Positions 17,642 through 25,638 of a DNA stretch of 53,699 nt are shown in pieces. Position 1 is the first letter of the stretch, and every line of letters begins with the position of its first letter. A program made the translations under genes and the position numbers. This DNA is from Chloroflexota bacterium. Its GTDB lineage: Bacteria; Chloroflexota; Dormibacteria; CF-121. The stretch spans positions 1 through 53,699 of the forward strand of contig VBEN01000008.1 in NCBI GenBank assembly GCA_005881175.1, read 5' to 3'. Below the pieces are notes generated by a model, which was not told the origin of the DNA, searched no databases, and saw only the letters and a list, made by a program, of their open reading frames with translations.

Positions 17642-18520
17642 TTAGCCGGTGAAGCCTTCAGGCAGCAGGACCTCGCCCTTGGTCGTCTGGACGTAGACCT
17701 GCCAGTTGTAGTAGCCGAGAAAGGCATGCGAGTCATCGAACATCTGCTTGGCGTATAGCTGGACCGCTCGGACATATAGCCAGCTCGGGTTGTAGGCGTA
17801 GATGGCGCCGGTCATGTTTTGGGGGGCGCCGTGGACGTGCAGGTAGCGACCGGCAGCGAGGATGGCATCCCGCGGATTGTTGACGTCGCCCCGACCGTAG
17901 CTCGCCCACGTCGCCGGCATGAACTGCATCGGTCCCTGGGCCCCGGCGGAGCTGAGACCCTGGATCCGGCCCATATTGGTCTCGATCAGGTTGATAGCGG
18001 CGAGATACTGCCACTGGACACCCGAGCTTTGCTGGGATTCACGGTAGTAGCTGAGTAGCACATCCGACGTCGGCGGGTCGATGATCCGCCAGTGCGGCAG
18101 CGTCGTGCGTGCCCCGTTCAAATCATCGATTTGCTGGGCAGCCGACAGGTTGTCCTGAACGACCGCCCGCAGGGGTGCGGGGATGCTGCCGAGGACTGCG
18201 CCGACCCAGTCCCGATGCGCGGCAAGCAGGTGATAGGCCTGCTGCTGTCGCTGGCCGAGAACCACGTACTCCTCGGTTGCGGTGTCAGGAATGCGGATCG
18301 CCTGCTCCACCCCGGCGAGTTCGATCGCCAGCGACGCCGCATCAACGATGTTCGCTGGTGAGGCGGGTGTCGCCGTCGGCGAGGAAACGGGCTCGCTAGG
18401 AGTGGCCGCAGGCGAGGCGGCATGCGACGAGGGGATCGGCTTTAGGCTCTGAGACGCCGCCCCGCACCCGCTCAGGCTGAGAGCCACGACGGTGGCGATG
18501 ACTCGAAAGACAGGGCGCAT
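17642..18520 (-). CDS. lytic transglycosylase (SLT) lipoprotein
   Basis: LSGC lipobox; AAINLIET, SSAGAQGPMQFMPATW, AYN. Confidence 0.9.
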   Translation of the reverse strand: MRPVFRVIATVVALSLSGCGAASQSLKPIPSSHAASPAATPSEPVSSPTATPASPANIVDAASLAIELAGVEQAIRIPDTATEEYVVLGQRQQQAYHLLAAHRDWVGAVLGSIPAPLRAVVQDNLSAAQQIDDLNGARTTLPHWRIIDPPTSDVLLSYYRESQQSSGVQWQYLAAINLIETNMGRIQGLSSAGAQGPMQFMPATWASYGRGDVNNPRDAILAAGRYLHVHGAPQNMTGAIYAYNPSWLYVRAVQLYAKQMFDDSHAFLGYYNWQVYVQTTKGEVLLPEGFTG

Positions 18521-18641
18521 TTCGCGCTGGGAAGTCTAGATGTCGGCGACCGCTGAATCAATGCCCGGGGTACTAACGTTTCTGTTCAGCGCCCGGCACG
18601 ATCCTGGCAGAAGGTCGGCGCCGGCCCGACGTTGCACCCGA

Positions 18642-18986
18642 GTGAGTTACCCCTGGACTCGGGTGCCAAAGGGTCTCCCACCGCTGGACCTCGTGCAGGT
18701 ACGCCTTCTTCCGCTGGCCGACTTCTTTATGGGCCTGATGTGGTCGCGGCCCGGTGGCCTGTCGCTGCGCACCACGTGGGTTACGCCGGCAACATTGTGG
18801 TTGTCGACAGCCGTTGTGCTTCTGGTCGGGCTTCCCGGAGTGGCCGCGATCGCCTACGGTATCGCGACAGGCCAGGTTCTCATGCTCTTCGCGGGACTGG
18901 TCGCCGCCGCCCTTGGCACTGGCGCCGGCGCGGTTGCGACCTACGGCATCCGGCAACGCCGCCTCGCCCCTGCCGCTCGGCGCTGA
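18642..18986 (+). CDS. small membrane protein (start uncertain)
   Basis: Two hydrophobic segments and a basic tail. Confidence 0.55.
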   Translation: MSYPWTRVPKGLPPLDLVQVRLLPLADFFMGLMWSRPGGLSLRTTWVTPATLWLSTAVVLLVGLPGVAAIAYGIATGQVLMLFAGLVAAALGTGAGAVATYGIRQRRLAPAARR

Positions 18987-19005
18987 AGCCTACTGCGCCG
19001 GGCGT

Positions 19006-19428
19006 CTATCTCACGAGCGCCGGCGCTGCTTGATAGGTCGGTGGCAAAGGCGTGCCCACCTGGGCTGAATCGACCTCGACGATGTCAGGCTTTAGCGGGC
19101 CGAGCACACCCAGGACCTCGTCTTGTTCGGTCTTGCCGACTTTGAACTGGTTCAAGGTCGCTACGAGATCCGTGACGAGGGCGTCGAACTCGCCCGTCGT
19201 GACACCCATCCCCGCGTGGGCCTCCTTCATGCCCCGCCCGGTATAGGTGCACGGTCCTCCAGCAGCTTCGCAGACCTGATCGATCAGCATCTTCGTCAGC
19301 CGGCCCAGGTCCGTTCTGGCGAACTTCTGATTGATCCGATCATCACGGGCGACGCGATCTCTGAAATCCTTGACCACCGCGGTAATCGAATCGATCCCAC
19401 CGAGACGCTCGTACAGCGAATTGTCCAT
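19006..19428 (-). CDS. glbN: group I truncated hemoglobin
   Basis: SLYERLGG, GGPCTYTGRGMKEAH motifs; GGGAG RBS. Confidence 0.9.
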   Translation of the reverse strand: MDNSLYERLGGIDSITAVVKDFRDRVARDDRINQKFARTDLGRLTKMLIDQVCEAAGGPCTYTGRGMKEAHAGMGVTTGEFDALVTDLVATLNQFKVGKTEQDEVLGVLGPLKPDIVEVDSAQVGTPLPPTYQAAPALVR

Positions 19429-19603
19429 GCTCCCACTCCTCCCGATTGACAGCCTCTTGCGGCCGGCACCGCGCCAGCCCCCGATATGCCGACTATTGGG
19501 CGTCAGGCTCGCGATGTCAATAGCCCGGCGTTCGAGGTGCTAACTTTTAGGGGACCCAATTGCGGTTCGCACTGCGTTCGAGACGGCGGTAAGGAGGGAG
19601 TTC

Positions 19604-21397
19604 ATGAGAAAACCTACGCTTGCGTTGCTGGCGTCGATGGCCGTCGTGCTGATATCTACGACCGGCGCTTTTGCTCAGACATCAAGCCGTGTCAGCGTCG
19701 GCAGCCCGGCGGGCAATACTCCGCAGAACCATCAGAACGAGCCGGCGGTTGCCCTGGATGCGAACTCGCCGAATGTCCTCGTGGCAGGGTCGAATGACTT
19801 TGTCGACGAGCAGGCCTGCCCTCAGCCACTCGCCGTAAACCGTGGGACATGTTTGGACCGAGCCACCGGGGTCGGTGTATCCGGTGTTTATTTCTCGTTC
19901 GACTCGGGTCACAACTGGACGCAACCCACCTACACGGGTTGGACCACCGCCGACTGCGATCCGCTGACCCCCTGTAAAGGTCACCCCGGTGCCATCCACA
20001 CCTTGCCCTGGTACTACGAGAACCAGCTCGTCTCTTTTGGCGATCCGGCCGTGGCCGTCGGGCCCGTTCCTGGCAGCGACGGGACGTTCTCGTGGGGCAA
20101 TGGAGAGCGCGTCTACTACGCGAACCTGACGACCGCCTTCAGCACCCAGGTCGAGTTCTCCTTCCCCAACCCTGTCTTCAACGGATTCGTTGGTATCGCC
20201 GCCTCTCGCCTGGACAACCCCACGCCGGCGACCATCCTCGCCAAGAGCAGCTGGCAGCCGCCGGTGATCGTGACGAGTGCGCAGGGACAGACGTCCTTCT
20301 ATGACAAGGAGCAGATCTGGGCTGACAACGCCGCCTCGAGCCCGTTCTTTGGGCATACCTACATCTGCGCCAACGATTTCCGAAGCAATGGCAGTCACAA
20401 GAACGGCAACTCCCCGGTGCCGATGCAAGTCCTCTCGTCGGCGGACGGCGGGAGTAGTTGGACGAAGCGGATGGTCACCTCGGCGACGACCAACGGCCGC
20501 GGACCCAATGATTTCGGCTACAGCGGATGCACGATCAGGACCGACAACGCTGGGGTCGTCTACCTTTTCGCGGAGCGGTTCGCGAACCCGGCGCTAACGG
20601 GACTTCCGACGCACAGCGTGCAAGTGATGTTCAAGTCGTTCGACGCCGGTCTGCACTGGACCGCGCCCACCGTGATCGCCAACGTGACCGACCCCTGCTA
20701 CTTCATCGATCCGGTCGAGGGCCGCTGCGTGATGGACGGTTACGCCGGTGCGCGAACCGATCTTGCCGCCTCACCGAGTGTGTCGATTGCCAACGGCGCT
20801 CCAACCGGAGCCGGAGCCACCAACGAGATCGTCGACGCCTGGGCCGATGCTCCGGTGCTGAATGGCGAAGTCGCTGACTTCATCTATTCGACGAACGGAG
20901 GGGCATCCTGGAGCACCCCGACCGCCGTTTCACGGGCAGGTGATCGGCCCCTGTACGCGGCGCCGGCCATCGCGCCCGATGGTTCGCGCGCGTACGTGAT
21001 CTATGAAGCGGATATGGCGCCGTGGGCTGGCGCCGACTTCCACACGCCGCGACCGTACCATGGCGTGTTTGTCAGTTCGGCTCTCGGATCAAATGGGGCT
21101 CCGACTGGATGGACGACCGTGTTCAATGAGCTGCCGGGCGACCTCCTCGCGACCTACCCGGGCCACGATCTGTATCAGGAGCGTGTGGGCGATTACGTCT
21201 ACGCGGCCGCGTCCGACAGCTACGGGGTCGGCGTCTGGGCCTCTGCGGCGAATGCCGCTGTATGCTCGGCGATCCAGGATTACCGCGAGCGCTCCTTCGC
21301 CGCGGGACACCGAGTTCTCCCTGGAGCACCATGGCCGCTGGCAGAGTGCCCGCCGAACTTCGGCAACACCGACATCCAGTCTGTTTCGACAGGCTAG
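19604..21397 (+). CDS. secreted BNR/Asp-box beta-propeller (sialidase-like) protein
   Basis: AAGGAGG RBS; signal peptide; SFDSGHNW, SADGGSSW, SFDAGLHW, STNGGASW. Confidence 0.82.
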   Translation: MRKPTLALLASMAVVLISTTGAFAQTSSRVSVGSPAGNTPQNHQNEPAVALDANSPNVLVAGSNDFVDEQACPQPLAVNRGTCLDRATGVGVSGVYFSFDSGHNWTQPTYTGWTTADCDPLTPCKGHPGAIHTLPWYYENQLVSFGDPAVAVGPVPGSDGTFSWGNGERVYYANLTTAFSTQVEFSFPNPVFNGFVGIAASRLDNPTPATILAKSSWQPPVIVTSAQGQTSFYDKEQIWADNAASSPFFGHTYICANDFRSNGSHKNGNSPVPMQVLSSADGGSSWTKRMVTSATTNGRGPNDFGYSGCTIRTDNAGVVYLFAERFANPALTGLPTHSVQVMFKSFDAGLHWTAPTVIANVTDPCYFIDPVEGRCVMDGYAGARTDLAASPSVSIANGAPTGAGATNEIVDAWADAPVLNGEVADFIYSTNGGASWSTPTAVSRAGDRPLYAAPAIAPDGSRAYVIYEADMAPWAGADFHTPRPYHGVFVSSALGSNGAPTGWTTVFNELPGDLLATYPGHDLYQERVGDYVYAAASDSYGVGVWASAANAAVCSAIQDYRERSFAAGHRVLPGAPWPLAECPPNFGNTDIQSVSTG

Positions 21398-21412
21398 GTT
21401 CGTTCGACACGT

Positions 21413-21443
21413 TGGGAAAGGGCGTTCGGCTCGCCCTTTCCCA
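21413..21443. terminator. stem-loop between convergent genes
   Basis: TGGGAAAGGGCG / CGCCCTTTCCCA 12-bp stem, no U tract. Confidence 0.6.
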
Positions 21444-21478
21444 CCCAGCCGAGCTCAGCCGGTCAGGTCAGGCCTGGC

Positions 21479-21841
21479 CTAGAACGCGATGTTGCGTCCT
21501 TCCATGATGAGCCGCGCCCATCCTTTGGGGTCCAGCCAGGAACCGCCGACAGCATCGACCTCAGCTTGCGAGACCCCACGGGCCTCGGCGCAACCCTTTC
21601 AGACATGGATTCTGATCTTGTTGTCGCGTGCGAAATCCAGCACCTCCGTGAGTGGCGGCACGCCTTTGCCATGTACGGTACCGGCAACCCCGGTGCGGAT
21701 CAGGTCTGTCGAATCTCCGGCGAGAACCATCCGAACCTCGATGCCGGCCTGCTTGGCTCCGCGAGCAAGATGAAATGGGATGGTCGCCTTCGTCGGGTCG
21801 GTTGTTCCCCACGTTGTCGAGATCGTCAAGACCGCTTCCAT
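21479..21841 (-). CDS. DsrE-family protein, probable selenoprotein (UGA at 21601-21599 read as Sec), 120 aa
   Basis: GGAGG RBS; TWGTTDPTKATIPF...IHV-UGA-KGCAEARG (UxxC); frame stays open to TAG at 21479. Confidence 0.85.
21563..21598 (-). promoter_or_regulatory. candidate bacterial SECIS element
   Basis: Directly after the UGA: UUGCG..GAGGCCC-GUG-GGGUCUC-GCAA stem-loop with G in the apical loop. Confidence 0.65.
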
Positions 21842-21947
21842 GCTGCACCTCCCGGACGTCTTGACAGGTTCCCCATACTAACCCTGTTTGATCCGCGAAG
21901 AATCCCGCGTTTCATTGCTCGCGATGCTGCCGGGGGCCACCGGGCGC

Positions 21948-22676
21948 TCAAGCTTTACTAATCCGACGACTCGCCGGTTCCCAAACCGCTTGATCGTGGG
22001 CGAAAACGATTCGTGCGGGATCGAGTTTTTGGAGCCGCTCGACCCACGGCCGGTACGGCAACGCGGCATCGTCAACGGATTTCTCCTGTTGCGCCCGCCA
22101 GGCTAGCTGGTCGGTGGTGTAATCGAACGCTGAGTCGTGCGCCTGGCCGGCAAGGACAACCGTCCCGTCAGCGGCACGAACCGCGATTGCCTGGTGGCCG
22201 TCCGTGTGCCCCGGAGTTGGGATTACAAGAACGTCCGGCAGGATCTCCGTCTCGCCTTCCATTTCATGGTAGAGGGCACCGTTGAAGTCAACGAGGCTGG
22301 GCAGCGTGTAGTCTGTGTCGCTGCGAGCCTGCTGCAATTCGCACGACTGGACGAAGATCGGACGGCCGGCGAGGGCCGGGTTCCCGCCGCAGTGATCGAA
22401 GTGTAGGTGACAGTTCGCGACCCACCGGACGTCATCCAGGACAATCCCCGCCAGGAGCAGCGCGTCGGGTAGTGGCCGCCGGACCGGCCGATAATGCGTA
22501 TCGACGGCGGCATCCCCCTGCCCCAGGCCGGTATCGAAGAGCAGCAGACCGGTTGAGTGCTGGACCGCATAGCCAAGGACGCACTCGACGCGAGGCTTGC
22601 CGGTGCCGGTCTCACTCCCCGGCCGCACGAAGTAGCCGAAATCGATCCGCCGGATGCTCCCGACGATCGGGGTCAT
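21948..22676 (-). CDS. metallo-beta-lactamase-fold hydrolase (AHL-lactonase-like)
   Basis: LFDTG, HLHFDH, TPGHTDGH, FAHD; likely leaderless ATG at 22676. Confidence 0.85.
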   Translation of the reverse strand: MTPIVGSIRRIDFGYFVRPGSETGTGKPRVECVLGYAVQHSTGLLLFDTGLGQGDAAVDTHYRPVRRPLPDALLLAGIVLDDVRWVANCHLHFDHCGGNPALAGRPIFVQSCELQQARSDTDYTLPSLVDFNGALYHEMEGETEILPDVLVIPTPGHTDGHQAIAVRAADGTVVLAGQAHDSAFDYTTDQLAWRAQQEKSVDDAALPYRPWVERLQKLDPARIVFAHDQAVWEPASRRISKA

Positions 22677-22811
22677 CGGCCCACAGTAGCAGCAGCGACA
22701 GCCAGCGCCGGCCATCACGTAACTCTCCGGCTGGCTCCCGGCGCCCGTGGTCTGCGGATGGCTCTCAGGGCCTCGGGTTGGCTTTAGCTCCGGACTTCTC
22801 AAAGAGGTCAA

Positions 22812-22886
22812 TAGCCCGTAGCGGATTCGAACCGCTGATTTCTGCCTTGAGAGGGCAGCGTCCTGGACCAGCTAGACGAACGGGCC
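22812..22886 (-). tRNA. tRNA-Glu(CTC), CCA not encoded
   Basis: GGCCCGTTCGTCTAG...CTGCC-CT CTC AA-GGCAG...GGTTCGAATCC; TATAAT upstream. Confidence 0.95.
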
Positions 22887-22949
22887 TTGGGGGCTCGGAG
22901 GCGACCCTTATTATAGGTAGGCGAAAATTCAGCACCGGAGGATGCGATC

Positions 22950-23192
22950 GTGATTTACGATCCGACCGGCGTCAATTACGTGATGAACACGCTCCAGGCC
23001 GCGAGTTACCTGGGCGTCCCCTCGGACCTGATCGATGACATGGTGAGCAAGCACCAGATTCCATTCACCAAGGTGGGCGAACGTGTGGTCTTTTCCAAGG
23101 CTGCCCTGGACTACTGGATCTACGCGAAGTCCATGGAGAACCTTCGAGACGATCTTCCGAACCTGGGCTTCCAGGGTCGCAAGGCCGGCTGA
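22950..23192 (+). CDS. small excisionase/BldC-like HTH DNA-binding protein
   Basis: GGAGG RBS; MNTLQAASYLGV...IPFTKVGERVVFSKAALDYWI. Confidence 0.85.
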   Translation: MIYDPTGVNYVMNTLQAASYLGVPSDLIDDMVSKHQIPFTKVGERVVFSKAALDYWIYAKSMENLRDDLPNLGFQGRKAG

Positions 23193-23195
23193 TCC

Positions 23196-23495
23196 GTGCG
23201 TCTCGGCCGTCTGCTCCGGGCCGCTGCTCTCTTTCTCGCGCTGGCTGCCGTCGCCCAAGAGCTAAGCAAGCCGGAGGGCCAGCGAAGCTGGCACGGTCGG
23301 GTTGCCGGCGTCCCGTATGACTTCCGCTTTCCGACCCTGAAGCGGTTCAAGGAAAGCTACTGGAATCCCGACGACGACCGCGTCTTTACCGACCGGGTGG
23401 TGGGCATCGGATGGGCGGTGAACTTCGCGCAGTTGCTGCCACGGTTGCAGGAGGGGTACCGCCGGCTCGCCGAGCGCACCGGCGCCTCGTCGTGA
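23196..23495 (+). CDS. DUF5808-like protein
   Basis: GVPYDFRFPT, WNPDDDRVF, GIGWAVNF. Confidence 0.75.
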   Translation: MRLGRLLRAAALFLALAAVAQELSKPEGQRSWHGRVAGVPYDFRFPTLKRFKESYWNPDDDRVFTDRVVGIGWAVNFAQLLPRLQEGYRRLAERTGASS

Positions 23496-23625
23496 CGGTC
23501 CGGTAACGTCCGCTTCCGTCGAGTGACAGCCTTTCCGCCACTCAGCGTTCTATTAACGTGCCCGCGGCCAGCCATCGCCCCTGCTCAACGATCCGTGGCC
23601 GCATTTCCCTAGGCGGAACGGTCGG

Positions 23626-25617
23626 ATGAGCGGACTTCAAGAGTTCCTGACGCCCTTCAGTCACCTCATCTTCGCGAACCGGGACAAGGTCATCGTCCTA
23701 CTGGCGGCGCTTCTCGCCTGGTTCACCATCCAGCTCCTGATCACGCGCTGGCGGAACGAGCGCCTGGAACGTGACCTATCGGCCGCCAAGACGGGCGGTT
23801 CCGCTCCCAGCGGGCGGCGCTATGCGACGAGCGCGCCCGTCGAGGAAGCGCACGCCGAGGGTGGAGCGCTGCCACCAGTGAAGGGTGGTCGAACCTACGC
23901 CCGAAACCTTGGCACGGCGCTTCAAAAGGCAGGGATGTCCGGTCCGGCAATCTATTCACCACCCACGCCGGCGGGCTGGACGCCGAACACGAATCCGCAG
24001 GCCGGTCCACCGCAGCCTCAACCTGGGATGGCACCGCCCTATGCCACTCCGAACGCTCCTTGGGCCGTGCCCACCCAGCCGCCCCCAGCGCCCTGGGGCT
24101 TCCCGACCGCGGCCGGGCGGCCAATGCCGGGGCCGCAACCCAACCAAGCCCCCTTCTACCAGCCGCAACCACCGCCCTCCCAGCCAATGGGTCCGCCGCA
24201 ATCGCCACCGCCGGTGCCCGCCCTGTACGGACCGCCCCCGCCGTTCGGACAACCGGCCTACCCGGCGGCCTCGAGCGGACCTGCGGCCCCCGCGCCCTTC
24301 AGCGCCCCACCCGGCATCCCGACGATGCCCGGGGCCATGCCCCCCTTTGGGAGTCCAGCTGGAGTCGAGCCCACGAGCGGCGAGCCGCCTTCCCAGGACG
24401 CCGGGCGCCGGGGAAAGCCGAAACGCCGCCGATTCAATTTCAACGTTTTGGAGAACCTGGAGAAAATGGTCCAGCAGAAGGTAGAGCCCGCGCCGGCGAC
24501 CGGCTGGACGCCTCCGGCACCGGCGAGCGGCGGCTCGGTCACGCCACCCCTAACCACAACCCCAGTATCGCCACCCCCGCCGACGTTGACGGGGCCATGG
24601 CAGCCGCCGGCGGTCGCGGCCGAAACGACAGCGTCACCTAAGCAAGCCACAGCAAAGGAGGAGGAGTCGCTTCCCCTGCACTTCGGCCCGCCCGAGGATG
24701 AGCAGCCGGCCGAGATCGACGCGGCTACCGATTCGGAGACGACAGCGAGTGTGGAGGATGCGCCCGAAACGGCGACCTTTGCACCCGAGGAATCCGACGT
24801 GGCGCCAGAGCCGCAGGCAGCCGTTGCGAGTGGAGGGGAGCCCGAGGCGCAGCGCAAACCGGACGCACGTCGGTCGATGCGCGCCATGATGTTCGGGGAG
24901 GAATCCAGCGGGGGCGAAAAGCCGACCGAGGCATCGACCGAGTCCGAACCGTCGTCTTCGGACTCGAGCTGGAGAACACAACCGTGGGGCCGGTCGGAAG
25001 AAGGCCCCGTTTCCACCGAAGCCGAGGAGGCCGCCGTCGAAGCCGAAGCCACGTCGGCGGCAGAGGGCGTCCCCACGGAATCGGCGGCCGCGGAAGCATA
25101 CGATGCCTGGCGGCCGACGTCGCTAGCGGAAGCTGACGCTGAACCCGCACCCGCCACCGATTCTGCGGAAACACCCGGGGCCGATATTCCCGAGACGCCC
25201 GTGGCCGAGAACGGAGATCGGCCCAGCGCCGGGACGATCGTGATTATCGAGGACGACCACGCCGCCGCCAGCTATTACGCGACGCTCTTCAAGGGCAACG
25301 GCTACCACGTCGAGGTCGCCAACGACGGTGTGTCAGGCGTAGATCTCTGCACCCGGGTGCAGCCCCAGGTGATCCTGCTCGATGTCATGATGCCGCGCCA
25401 GAACGGGATCCTTGTCCTCCAGACCCTGCGCGCATCCGATGAGACGAAGAACACACCAGTCGTCGTGATGTCGAACTTCAGCGAGCCGACCTTGATCAAG
25501 CGCGCGATCCAGTTGGGTGCCCTGGAATACGTCATCAAGACCCAGGTCGAGGGCCCGGCGTTGCTAAACGCGCTGCCTCGCTGGATGAACCGCGAGAAAG
25601 CGTTCGCCGCGGCGTAA
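23626..25617 (+). CDS. membrane-anchored protein with a long Pro-rich/acidic disordered region and a C-terminal receiver domain
   Basis: N-terminal TM; about 500 low-complexity residues; IIEDD...LLDVMMP...SN...YVIK. Confidence 0.85.
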   Translation: MSGLQEFLTPFSHLIFANRDKVIVLLAALLAWFTIQLLITRWRNERLERDLSAAKTGGSAPSGRRYATSAPVEEAHAEGGALPPVKGGRTYARNLGTALQKAGMSGPAIYSPPTPAGWTPNTNPQAGPPQPQPGMAPPYATPNAPWAVPTQPPPAPWGFPTAAGRPMPGPQPNQAPFYQPQPPPSQPMGPPQSPPPVPALYGPPPPFGQPAYPAASSGPAAPAPFSAPPGIPTMPGAMPPFGSPAGVEPTSGEPPSQDAGRRGKPKRRRFNFNVLENLEKMVQQKVEPAPATGWTPPAPASGGSVTPPLTTTPVSPPPPTLTGPWQPPAVAAETTASPKQATAKEEESLPLHFGPPEDEQPAEIDAATDSETTASVEDAPETATFAPEESDVAPEPQAAVASGGEPEAQRKPDARRSMRAMMFGEESSGGEKPTEASTESEPSSSDSSWRTQPWGRSEEGPVSTEAEEAAVEAEATSAAEGVPTESAAAEAYDAWRPTSLAEADAEPAPATDSAETPGADIPETPVAENGDRPSAGTIVIIEDDHAAASYYATLFKGNGYHVEVANDGVSGVDLCTRVQPQVILLDVMMPRQNGILVLQTLRASDETKNTPVVVMSNFSEPTLIKRAIQLGALEYVIKTQVEGPALLNALPRWMNREKAFAAA

Positions 25618-25638
25618 CATCGATCGAGGCGACGCCGC

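Noticed and set aside
22812-23192. Prophage or ICE at tRNA-Glu, suggested by the excisionase-like HTH
   Set aside because: No integrase, att duplication or phage genes; the gene lies on the 5' side of the tRNA and looks like a resident regulator
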